Source: a virus
Taxonomy: Duplodnaviria > Caudoviricetes
IMG/VR virus record: IMGVR_UViG_2974511964_000001
Location: 1 to 64,000 of that record
Length of the DNA: 64,000 bases
Reading direction: 5' to 3' (one strand)
The notes below the pieces were generated by a model. It saw only the letters and a list, made by a program, of their open reading frames with translations, was not told the origin of the DNA and made no database searches. The position numbers were made by a program, and so were the translations under genes. Below are positions 1-8,805 of this stretch, one piece after another. How positions within the stretch are numbered: the stretch's first letter is position 1; each line of letters begins with the position of its first letter.

Positions 1-1
1 C

Positions 2-50
2 AAATAAGCACTTACCACAGCCTTAATTGCCATGGTAGGTGCTTATTTTT
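2..50. terminator. Probable bidirectional intrinsic terminator
   Basis: Inverted repeat AAATAAGCACTTACCA / TGGTAGGTGCTTATTT with a T-run, just past the stop of the minus-strand ORF 70..480. Confidence 0.7.
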
Positions 51-69
51 ATACATAATAGTAATAAAA

Positions 70-480
70 TTACATCTTTGAGAATACCCAACCAACAAAA
101 GCTGATAACAATAATACTAACAATTGCTTAATCCAATCAGAACTATTGTTTCTGATAGCCTTAATATCGTCATCTTGAGCTTGTATTTGGTTATCAAGTT
201 TATCGCTTACCTTCTCAATTTTAGCCTCTAGTTTCTCAATGCTAGCTTTAACTTCTTGTTCGAGGCTGATTGATTGCTTTTGTAAGTCATCTATCTGTCT
301 CTTAATCAAATCAATTTCACGGCTGTTGGCTTGACTGTAATATTTACGGTCAACCGTGATAGCATTAATTTGGTCTTTAAGAGAGGTTAGACCCTCAGAA
401 AAGGCTTGTAGTTGTTCGCTGATTGATTTAATATCCTCAAACTCAGTTCCCCTAGCCATCCTTGCACCATCTGCTTTCAT
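70..480 (-). CDS. Hypothetical coiled-coil protein with C-terminal transmembrane helix (XhlA/holin-like architecture)
   Basis: Heptad-rich body and a hydrophobic C-terminus (WIKQLLVLLLSAFVGWVF); preceded by the CTATATTA motif at 557-564 (-). Confidence 0.6.
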   Translation of the reverse strand: MKADGARMARGTEFEDIKSISEQLQAFSEGLTSLKDQINAITVDRKYYSQANSREIDLIKRQIDDLQKQSISLEQEVKASIEKLEAKIEKVSDKLDNQIQAQDDDIKAIRNNSSDWIKQLLVLLLSAFVGWVFSKM

Positions 481-632
481 ATATTATTTTGTATGGGCGT
501 GGTACTAATAACGTATTAATCAATTAGTCAATACAGTAAGTAGTTGCCTCAATTAATAATATAGATTACGCTACACGTTTATAACCTCAATATTCATAAA
601 TGTTATAATAGGCTCTATAAGGTGGTGATACA

Positions 633-923
633 TTGGAACACAAAGAAATTTTGGAAAGACGCCGAATAATTCTTAGCAATAACCCGGGGTATCATTTAAT
701 TAAGAAGGGAAATCGAGCTGTGGGTTACCTTAGGCATTGCTGTATTTGTGGGCGCCCTCTAACTGCCTATATTATAAACGAGAACAGATATGTGACTATT
801 TGTAGACATTATCAAATCACAACTGTAGCTTCCTTAAAGCTGAGTATGTGTGCCGATATTCGTTCTTGTGACAGATATGAGAAGAAGAAAGGAGAAAAGG
901 TTAATGAGCTCAATCATAGATAA
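633..923 (+). CDS. Small Cys-rich hypothetical protein (possible zinc-binding)
   Basis: TTG start after AAGGTGGT RBS; CCICG plus three further Cys; TGTTATAAT extended -10 at 601-609. Confidence 0.6.
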   Translation: MEHKEILERRRIILSNNPGYHLIKKGNRAVGYLRHCCICGRPLTAYIINENRYVTICRHYQITTVASLKLSMCADIRSCDRYEKKKGEKVNELNHR

Positions 924-1320
924 CTTAAAGGCTGGTTTGAATGACACTGATAAAAATGGTGAAGATTTAGATAGTCAAACTAAGACTAACCTATTTAAAT
1001 CAGTATCAAAACTATCAGAAGGATTCCTAGATGCCGTAAACGCTGGTAAAATTGAAGTTAGGGACATTAAAGACATGAAGGATGTTGCTTCTATCTACAA
1101 TATGATTGTTCAGGCTGGTGGTATTGAAGGCTCAGAAAAGGCACCAGAGTTGAGTAAAGGTATTCGTAATTATTGGGTTATCAATAATAATACCCCTGTT
1201 GACAACGTTGAAGGCGCCGATGTAGTAGACCAATTGGAAGGAATGAGTAAAGAAGATATTAATAAAATGCTAAATGAACAGGAAAAGATTAAGAATAATG
1301 AGAATGCGGGTGATATTTAA
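904..1320 (+). CDS. Putative terminase small subunit
   Basis: ATG 904 follows AAAGGAG RBS (the track start at 850 is likely too early); its stop overlaps the terL start (TAATG); position directly before terL. Confidence 0.6.
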   Translation: MSSIIDNLKAGLNDTDKNGEDLDSQTKTNLFKSVSKLSEGFLDAVNAGKIEVRDIKDMKDVASIYNMIVQAGGIEGSEKAPELSKGIRNYWVINNNTPVDNVEGADVVDQLEGMSKEDINKMLNEQEKIKNNENAGDI

Positions 1321-4300
1321 TGGTTAAACTTGAAGAAGCCGATATTAACTTCTCAGGAGCCGATATTGTTAAAGTTGCTAAGGATATGTTTAAGACTGAT
1401 AAGCCCACTGTTGAACAAATACAGTATGTCATACCTATGCTAAGGCCAACCAACTATCTGCTGGAGCATCATACTGTTAAGGGACATCCCGTAACTTATT
1501 CGATACCTAACTATGGTAATCATGATTTCCAGAAATACTTTGGTCACCGTCCATGGCAACGAGCAGTATTAAATGACCAAGCAAAGTCAAAAGTCATAAT
1601 TAAATCCCGACAGCTAGGGTTAACAATCTAGCCCCCTTATAGGGTAACCTATATTGAATCACTCCGTTATAACGGGCAAGGCAAAATATATTTTTAATAA
1701 AGTTATGACAACTAGGTTGTTTTGTGTTATAATATTATTAACTTAACTAGCCGGTAAGAAAGCCTACGTCCATAACAATAAATGGATAGTGGTAATCCCG
1801 TGTCGAAACTAGCATTAGCTAGAAGATGTAACGACTAAGTTTAGACATAGCTATTCAAATGGGAATAGTGAGAAGTCTATAAGAAAGTTAATACTATATC
1901 AGGAGATAGTTGCAATGCGTAGAAAAACACCAGAAGAATTTTCAGAAGAAGTAGTCAATTTAACCGGTACAGAGTATGACTTATACACTGATTATTATAG
2001 GTCAAATGTGCATGTGTATATTAAGCACTCCACTTGTGGGAGAATATTCAAGATAACCCCAAATGCATTTTTAAAAGGTAATCGTTGTCCTTTTTGCAAC
2101 GGTAACAACTTCAAAAGAAAAGATACTGACCAGTTCAAGAAGGAAGTTTACCGCCTTGTTGGGAATGAATATTCTGTTATTGGGGAGTATATTAACAGAA
2201 GCACAAATATAACAATTAAGCATAATACTTGTGGACGAGTTTATAAGGTACAACCGGGTAATTTCTTACAAGGTTCCAGATGCATAGAGTGTTATTATCA
2301 AAGCAAAAGGCTCACTCAGAGCGATGCTATTGATAGAATCGAAGAACACCTAGGCTCTGAGTATAAGCTAATGTCTAAATATACCGGAGTATTTGACCCA
2401 CTACAAGTCCTACATGTTCATTGTGGTCGCACATTTAGTGTAAAGTTATCAGATGTTGTGTGGAAAAATTCTGGATGTCCGTATTGTAAAGAACCAAAAG
2501 GTGAAAAGAATATTTTAAGGTTCTTAGACAGTCATCATATTAAGTATGAATGCCAAAAGAGGTTTCCTAATTTAAAAGATAAGAAACCATTATCTTATGA
2601 TTTCTATCTCCCAGATAAAAATGTTTTAATTGAATTTCAAGGAACCCAGCACTTTGTTCCTAAGACATTTGGTGGAATCAGCAAAAGCAAAGCTATTGAA
2701 AATTTCAACTTACAGCAGAAGCATGATAAGCTCAAAAAGGATTTTGCTGATAAGAATGGGTTCATACTTTTAACACCAAGTTATAAGATTGAATCAATTG
2801 AGGGAATGGCCGAGTTTTTGGAAGATAAACTGCTATAGTATTAAAAGTAAGGCGGAGTTACCTGTGCCAAAATTCAGGTAAAAAAGATAGTCTAGCCCGA
2901 CTGTTAAATCAGTGTTAAAGTATGACGAAAGTCACGGTGTAATCGTTAGTGAAGTCGGTGTTAGTGAAGCCCTGTGGTTTGCTGACACACATTCTTATGA
3001 CTCACCTTCATTGCTTTATACATTCCCTAAAAAGTGTGGGGCGCTATAGGGCAACTTATAGTGTAAAACTCTGTTAAACGGGCAGGGGTAATAAGTCTGA
3101 TAAGACGAAGCGCTCCGGTAAGGAAGGCTAAGTCCACGTTAAATGGATAATGCTAATCCCGTACCAAGCTAGCAATTAGCTAGAAGGCGTAACGACTAAA
3201 CTTAGAGGTAGCTATTAAAATGGTAATAGCAAGAACTCTATAAGAAATCCCTATTAAAGGGGAGTAATGCAGAGGCTCATTATCCTAAACTAATGAGCAT
3301 GATTTAGTCTAATCCCTATATAAATACTACGAAAGTAGGGGTAGGTATATGGTAACATACACAACAAAATGACCAATAAACAGATGAAGGACTTTGTTAA
3401 ATCTCGTATTAATCCTGAGTTTCAAAATGGTTACTATGCAGGATTAATAGATAAGTATAATGATTCATTAGACCAGAAGTCAATTAGAAGTTCTAGGTTA
3501 TACTTCCGTAGTTCTAGTAAGGGTAGTAGCATGGAAGGTATTGACCTAGATTACCTTAGCTTGGATGAATACGACCGCCTAAACCCTACTGCTGAAATAT
3601 CAGCGCTAGAATCACTATCATCTTCTAAGTATGGTATGATAAGAAGATGGTCAACCCCAACCATCCCAGATTGGGGCGTACACAAGCTTTATAAGGAATC
3701 AGACCAACGTAAGTGGGTTTATAGATGCCCTCACTGTGGCCTAGTACAGCAGATAGACTATGAAAAGAACATCAAATTAGTTAATCCAGATGGTATTGAC
3801 CTAATTGGTAGAATCGTACAGGATGGCACTTATGAGTATGTATGTCAGAAGTGTGGTAAACCTTTAGACCGCTGGTATAGTGGTTTCTGGGACATAACCG
3901 CACCCCAAGCTGGCCGTGCTCACGGGTACTCAATATCACAAATGGATGCCGTATGGCTAAGTGCATCAAATCTGAAACAGAAAGAGTTACAGGCTCCTAA
4001 CAAGCAATTCTTCTATAACTATACGTTAGGAATGCCATATGAAGATTCAACAAATAGATTCTATCAAAATGATGTGTTAGACCATCGTGATGACAGACCT
4101 AGAGTAGAAACACGAGGAGATTACCGACTTATATCAGCAGGAATTGATTGGGGTGAACATTACCACCACGTAGTTGTATTAGGAATGACAACAAGTGGAC
4201 GGGTAGATTTGCTTACTCTAAAGCGGTTTGAACGTTCACAAGGTGTTGAGCACCTAGAAGAAGACTTGCAAAAGATTATTCTAGAGCTTGATAAATTCAG

Positions 4301-5165
4301 ACCTAATATTATAGTTCCAGATATCGGCTTTAACGGAAACTACGTGGATAAGTTGACACAGCACTTTGGTAAGCAAGTTGTATATGGCTGTATTGTTAAA
4401 AGCACTAAAAGTAATGGCGACCCTATTGCACATTTTAACGAAACAAGTTCTAGGGTAACTATTGATAAATTAACTCAAAACGTTATGATGATGGCTGACA
4501 TGAAACGGGGAGACATTCATTTCTATAAGAATGTTGACCAAGACTTGAAACTATTCATCTCTCATTGGATGAATGTTGTTATTCGTACAGATGAAGATGA
4601 GGATACCCAAGAATTAGTTAAAGTTATTAAACGTAAAGGTGACGATTAACATAATGGTTGTCACCTAAGCTTACGGGCTTAAATTTAAACTCTGTTAAAC
4701 GGGGAACCTGAAATAAGGAGCTATAGCTCACGAATAAGGTCATAAGAGAAGCTGGCTCCATAAACTATGGATAAGCGCTGACCGCCGTACTAAATCAATC
4801 ATTATGATTGTACAGGTCTAGAGACTAAGATTAGGCATAGCTATTCAAATGGGAATAGTGAGAAGCCTATAATAAAATCCTATTAAGGAAAGTAAAGCAG
4901 AGGCTTATCAACCAAAACTGGTAAGCAAGAGATAGTCCAATCCCTATATAAATACTACGAAAGTAGGGGTACTTATACAGTAATGTATAAATAAAAGCAT
5001 TATGCCCAATCAAGCGTCTATGCCAAAGTTGGTATGAACAAGTTGATTGATGTATTACGTGAGGAACGTGAGACGCCATCAATAGTGACAGCACTAGATT
5101 CAGATGTCGGGGCTGTATTAAACCAAGAACCTACTGACTTAGCTAGTGAGTTTGATATAATGTAG
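1320..5165 (+). CDS. terL: Terminase large subunit, spliced: join(1320..1620,2946..3028,3372..4646,4998..5165), 608 aa
   Basis: Joining at the intron-terminal Gs restores one open frame of 1827 nt with KSRQLGFSE (Walker A), YTFPTNKQM, LSLDEYD (Walker B), STPT and KGDDHYAQS (nuclease). Exons 2 and 4 are missing from the ORF track. Confidence 0.93.
1705..1733 (+). promoter_or_regulatory. Sigma-A-type promoter inside intron 1, likely for the endonuclease
   Basis: ATGACA-17 nt-TATAAT with a TG extended -10; no counterpart in introns 2 and 3. Confidence 0.55.
1915..2838 (+). CDS. Intron-encoded homing endonuclease (three H-x2-CG...C-x2-C zinc-ribbon repeats plus a Vsr-like/EDxHD-type PD-(D/E)XK nuclease)
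   Basis: Repeats HSTCG..CPFC, HNTCG..CIEC, HVHCG..CPYC; C-terminal LSYDFYLP..LIEFQGTQH; AGGAG RBS; looped out by the TAATACTATA/TATAGTATTA stem. Confidence 0.85.
   Translation: MRRKTPEEFSEEVVNLTGTEYDLYTDYYRSNVHVYIKHSTCGRIFKITPNAFLKGNRCPFCNGNNFKRKDTDQFKKEVYRLVGNEYSVIGEYINRSTNITIKHNTCGRVYKVQPGNFLQGSRCIECYYQSKRLTQSDAIDRIEEHLGSEYKLMSKYTGVFDPLQVLHVHCGRTFSVKLSDVVWKNSGCPYCKEPKGEKNILRFLDSHHIKYECQKRFPNLKDKKPLSYDFYLPDKNVLIEFQGTQHFVPKTFGGISKSKAIENFNLQQKHDKLKKDFADKNGFILLTPSYKIESIEGMAEFLEDKLL
3029..3371 (+). mobile_element. Group I intron 2 of terL (ORF-less, 343 nt)
   Basis: Exon ends in T3028, intron ends in G3371; P3 ACTCTGT/GCAGAGG; P7 GACTA 3194-3198 / TAGTC 3305-3309; removal restores YTFP|TNKQM. 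Confidence 0.9.
4647..4997 (+). mobile_element. Group I intron 3 of terL (ORF-less, 351 nt)
   Basis: P1 GGTGACGAT/GTTGTCACC with a U.G pair at the splice site; P10 ATAATG pairs with exon-4 CATTAT; P7 GACTA 4823-4827 / TAGTC 4933-4937; terminal G4997; removal restores GDD|HYAQS. Confidence 0.93.
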
Positions 5166-5170
5166 TCTAC

Positions 5171-5201
5171 AAGAGAGTATCAATAACGATACTCTCTTTT
5201 T
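5171..5201 (+). terminator. Intrinsic terminator after terL
   Basis: AAGAGAGTATC/GATACTCTCTT hairpin plus T-run. Confidence 0.8.
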
Positions 5202-5283
5202 ATGTCTATTATCTTCCTAATTTATTTTATAAAATGGCATAATGCTATACTATAAATAGGCCACTTCTCTGTATGATATTTCA

Positions 5284-5291
5284 TTATATTA
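5284..5291 (+). promoter_or_regulatory. Putative late-promoter motif TTATATTA (portal)
   Basis: The same YTATATTA motif recurs in intergenic DNA before many structural genes. Confidence 0.6.
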
Positions 5292-5326
5292 GTAGTGTAA
5301 GTAAAGCGAAAGGAGGCTTTTATTCA

Positions 5327-6901
5327 TTGGGAATTAGAGATTTATTCCAACGTGATACGCTCAACGTACAAGATTACGTAGACGTTGACGAATATGCCAA
5401 GGAAGACTTACAGAAGTCATTTAGAACTGGTAAGTCTAACAATCGTGGTAAAGTTGATGCTCTTGATATTAATCAAAGCAACAACTATGGTGGTCCTTTT
5501 AGTGCTGTTAATAAGAATGATGTTTTGCAGAAGAAGAAAATACTTAACCAGTATGCCTCTAATGTTATTGTGCAAGCAATCATTCGTACTAGGACTAATC
5601 AGGTAACACCTTATTGTATTCCAGCTAGATTATCACGTGATGGGATTGGCTATGAAGTTGTCCCCAAAGAAATTAAGGGTGACAAGGTAACTAATAAGCA
5701 GAAAGAACGCTCTAAAGAATTAGAAGACTTTATATATCATACTGGTAAAGATGATAACAAAGAGTGGCGAGATACATTACCAGCATTTGTTACCAAGATT
5801 ATTAATGATATCTTGGTTCAAGACCAAGTTAATATTGAAAGGGTATATGAATCTCCTAATTCAGCACAGCTTAACCACTTTAATGCTGTTGATGCAAGTA
5901 CAATTGTTATATCTAAGCTTCCAGCAAGTCTAGACCAACCTCGTTCATTTGAACAAATTATTGACACCAAGAAGATAGCCAGTTTCAATGAAAAAGAAAT
6001 GGTATTTGAAACCTATTGGCCTACAACTACAGTTAACAATCGTGGCTATGGCTATGGGCCACTTGAAGTGGTATTACCTCAATTAAGCTATGAAACAAAC
6101 ACTGAACAATTCAATGCTAGGTTTTTTAGTCAAGGTGGTACAACTCGTGGTATATTAGTTCTAAATCCTAACGGTGATGCTCAGCAACAGCAAATGGCAA
6201 TTGCAGGTATTCGTAGACAGTGGAACAGTCAAGGTGCTGGTATGAATGGCGCTTGGAAGGTTCCAATGATTTCAGGTCAAGATGCTAAGTTTGTTAACAT
6301 GACACAGACTAGTAAGGATATGGAATTTGAAAAGTTTTTGAACTACCTAATTTATGTTATTGCTGCCGTTTACCAAATTCAGCCAGAAGAAATTAACTTT
6401 CCTAATCGTGGGGGAGCTACTGGGCGTGGCGGAGGAAACTCTGTTAATGAAGGTAACACAATGCAGAGCAAGATTAGTAGTAGTCAGAGTAAGGGACTAC
6501 AGCCATTGTTGTTCTTCATCGAACGTCTGATAAATGAAAAGATTTTGTCTAAGGTTGATAGCGACTATCAGTTTAAGTTTACCCTAGGTGGTACTCAGTC
6601 AGAGTTAGAGAAGCAACAAGTTATTGAAAAAGAACTATCTAATGGTATGTTGCTAAATGAGGCTCGGGCTAAAAACGGATTATCCAAACTTGATGGTTTG
6701 GATATTCCAGGGAACGTTGCTCAGGCAGTTCAGTGGAAGCAGTCAGAAATGAAACAAAGTGACTTACAACATTCTAAGGATTACAATAAGGCACCAACTG
6801 ACCCAAAGTCACCACTTCCAGTTGGGGATAATCAGCCTAATAATCAAGAAGATAGTCAATCTGACCAAGATAATCAACCAAATAACAATAAGCCCACATA
6901 A
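5327..6901 (+). CDS. Portal protein
   Basis: TTG 5327 after AAGGAGG; motifs GYGYGPLE, FNARFFSQGGTTRG, KDMEFEKFL are typical of Twort-like portals. Confidence 0.93.
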   Translation: MGIRDLFQRDTLNVQDYVDVDEYAKEDLQKSFRTGKSNNRGKVDALDINQSNNYGGPFSAVNKNDVLQKKKILNQYASNVIVQAIIRTRTNQVTPYCIPARLSRDGIGYEVVPKEIKGDKVTNKQKERSKELEDFIYHTGKDDNKEWRDTLPAFVTKIINDILVQDQVNIERVYESPNSAQLNHFNAVDASTIVISKLPASLDQPRSFEQIIDTKKIASFNEKEMVFETYWPTTTVNNRGYGYGPLEVVLPQLSYETNTEQFNARFFSQGGTTRGILVLNPNGDAQQQQMAIAGIRRQWNSQGAGMNGAWKVPMISGQDAKFVNMTQTSKDMEFEKFLNYLIYVIAAVYQIQPEEINFPNRGGATGRGGGNSVNEGNTMQSKISSSQSKGLQPLLFFIERLINEKILSKVDSDYQFKFTLGGTQSELEKQQVIEKELSNGMLLNEARAKNGLSKLDGLDIPGNVAQAVQWKQSEMKQSDLQHSKDYNKAPTDPKSPLPVGDNQPNNQEDSQSDQDNQPNNNKPT

Positions 6902-6904
6902 TAG

Positions 6905-6912
6905 TTATATTA
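6905..6912 (+). promoter_or_regulatory. Putative late-promoter motif (protease)
   Basis: GTTATATTA in the intergenic gap. Confidence 0.6.
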
Positions 6913-6946
6913 TTATTGAATGAAGATGACTTAAGGTGGTGTTAAA

Positions 6947-7759
6947 GTGTTAAAAGACGATTTCGACATTTTCTTACCCTTTGACAGAGTTGAAAAAAGT
7001 GATTCTGGTAAGAAAGGTAAGAATGTGTTTGTTGCTGGTTGGGCTTCTACTCCAGCATTGGACTTTCAAGGTGAACGACTAGATTCATTTGGTCTAGACC
7101 CTAGTTATCTATTTAATAATGGGTTTGTTGATTATGAACATGACCAAGATAAAGTAATTGGTTATCCAACTGATAAATCATTTGTAGACCCTGAGAGAGG
7201 CTTGTATGTAGAAGCAGAATTGTTTGGTGATATGCCAGAAGTTCAAAACATTGTTAAATTAAATAATAATTTAAAGAAGGCACAAGCCAAGCGTAAGTTA
7301 GGATTCTCAATTGAGGGTAAAGTTCTTAAGCGTGACCCCGTTGACAAGAATGTTGTTAGAGAGGTTATGGTTACAGGAGTAGCCGTTACAAAGAACCCTG
7401 CTAACCCAGAAGCTACATGGGAACAGGTACAGAAATCAAACAGTGCTTTGATGGCTGGTACCGGATACTCTCCTAGTACCCAGCATGGTGGGGGTGCCTT
7501 ACGTCCAGAATCAATGGCCGCTGAATTGGTAAACTTAGCAGCCCGCATTCGAGAGATGGAAACTAGCGTTCCCGACCTTGATGTATTTGCTAAGGATACC
7601 GCTAATGCTATTGAAGACCGTGGTGTTGATGATGTATTAGTATACCAGTTGTTCTTACAGTTATTTTCAGGTAAAAGTGCTGATGATGTTATTCATGCCT
7701 TGCCTAAGAACATGGTTACTCATAGTGAAGAAGATACTGGTAACATGGATGATGATTAA
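6947..7759 (+). CDS. Prohead protease
   Basis: GWASTPALDFQGE, YEH, GFSIEG, VAVTKNPANPEA motifs; lies between portal and capsid. Confidence 0.92.
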   Translation: MLKDDFDIFLPFDRVEKSDSGKKGKNVFVAGWASTPALDFQGERLDSFGLDPSYLFNNGFVDYEHDQDKVIGYPTDKSFVDPERGLYVEAELFGDMPEVQNIVKLNNNLKKAQAKRKLGFSIEGKVLKRDPVDKNVVREVMVTGVAVTKNPANPEATWEQVQKSNSALMAGTGYSPSTQHGGGALRPESMAAELVNLAARIREMETSVPDLDVFAKDTANAIEDRGVDDVLVYQLFLQLFSGKSADDVIHALPKNMVTHSEEDTGNMDDD

Positions 7760-7781
7760 ACCAAGAAAGTAGGGAGAAAAT

Positions 7782-8702
7782 TTGAAATTACAAGAAACAT
7801 TGGAAGCTCTAGAAAAGTCTACTAAAGACCTAACTAAGAGCGTTGAAGATGCAAAACCTGTTGAAGATGCAAAGCCAGAAGCTCCAGCAGAAGCTCCAGT
7901 AGAAGCACCTAAGGAAGACGAACAAGAAGCACCTAAGGAAGCAGAACCAGAAGCTCCAGTAGAAACGCCTAAAGAAGACGAACAAGAAGCACCTAAGGAA
8001 GCAGAACCAGAAGCTCCAGTAGAAACGCCTAAAGAAGACGAACAAGAAGCTCCGGCAGAAGCTCCAGAAGAAAAAACTGAAAAGTCAGTTAATATCGACC
8101 GGGACTTAGTAATGAAGTCATTAGACACGCTAAATTTAGCACTAGATGTTATTAAGTCGATGTCTAAGCCAGAGGCTCGCCAAGACAATATGTCTAAGAG
8201 CGTGGTTGAAGCTCCTGATGCTAAGCATAAGGAAGATGCTAATGGTGGTAAACAATCCTCTGCTGTTGTCAAGGGTGCTGATTGTGATGACCCTGATATG
8301 AAAGATGATAAGAAGAAGGATAAAGTTTCCAAGGATGATGACGAAGTAGAAGAATCTGCTAAAAAATCAGCTGATAAAGATGATAGCGATAAAATGTCAG
8401 ATGATAAAAAGAAAGACAAAGAAGAAGATAATGCTACTAAGTCTGTAACTGGTAAGGCTGTACAATCAGATGATGCAGAAGATGATGTTGAAAAGTCAGA
8501 AAAGGCTGACAAACCATCTAAAGAAGAAATCATTAAGTCGTTTAGAAATCAAGTTAGCGAAGCCTTAGAAGAATCAGATTCAGATGTAATGGCTGGTCCT
8601 AATAGTGCTCGTTCTAATAGACTACGTGAAGTATTGTCAGAAGCTAACAAATCAACTGAATTATCTGATACTTTGAAGAAGTCATTCTTGGATATCAATT
8701 AA
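7782..8702 (+). CDS. Acidic low-complexity scaffold-like protein
   Basis: E/D/K/P-rich, with repeated KS motifs; lies between protease and major capsid. Confidence 0.7.
   Translation: MKLQETLEALEKSTKDLTKSVEDAKPVEDAKPEAPAEAPVEAPKEDEQEAPKEAEPEAPVETPKEDEQEAPKEAEPEAPVETPKEDEQEAPAEAPEEKTEKSVNIDRDLVMKSLDTLNLALDVIKSMSKPEARQDNMSKSVVEAPDAKHKEDANGGKQSSAVVKGADCDDPDMKDDKKKDKVSKDDDEVEESAKKSADKDDSDKMSDDKKKDKEEDNATKSVTGKAVQSDDAEDDVEKSEKADKPSKEEIIKSFRNQVSEALEESDSDVMAGPNSARSNRLREVLSEANKSTELSDTLKKSFLDIN
7889..8050 (+). repeat. 60-bp tandem coding repeat (PEAPVETPKEDEQEAPKEAE, ~2.7 copies)
   Basis: 7921-7980 and 7981-8040 are identical. Confidence 0.9.
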
Positions 8703-8735
8703 TTTGTACTAATTTGTTACTAAATCATAAACTCG

Positions 8736-8743
8736 TTATATTA
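8736..8743 (+). promoter_or_regulatory. Putative late-promoter motif (major capsid)
   Basis: GTTATATTA upstream of the capsid gene. Confidence 0.65.
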
Positions 8744-8805
8744 TAGTTGTAAGCAAAATGACTTTTAATCATTTAATCACATAAAATGAGAAGGGACGAA
8801 TTAAT

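Larger units (their letters stand above)
1621..2945 (+). mobile_element. Group I intron 1 of terL (IA-like), carrying a homing endonuclease ORF
   Basis: Exon ends in T1620, intron ends in G2945; P3 ACTCCGT/GCGGAGT; P7 GACTA 1833-1837 / TAGTC 2888-2892; P7-extension hairpins; GAAA-capped P9. Confidence 0.9.

Noticed and set aside
3369-4649. 426-aa ORF as an independent gene starting at ATG 3369
   Set aside because: The G of this ATG is the terminal G of intron 2 and there is no RBS; the ORF is exon 3 of terL.
4867-5094. 75-aa minus-strand ORF
   Set aside because: It is antisense to intron 3 and terL exon 4, with no supporting signals.
7889-8050. Tandem repeats as a possible CRISPR array (also 20360-20500 and 27245-27470)
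   Set aside because: They are in-frame coding repeats with no unique spacers, and there are no cas genes in the window.
7667-8533. 288-aa minus-strand Ser-rich ORF
   Set aside because: It is the antisense shadow of the low-complexity scaffold gene.
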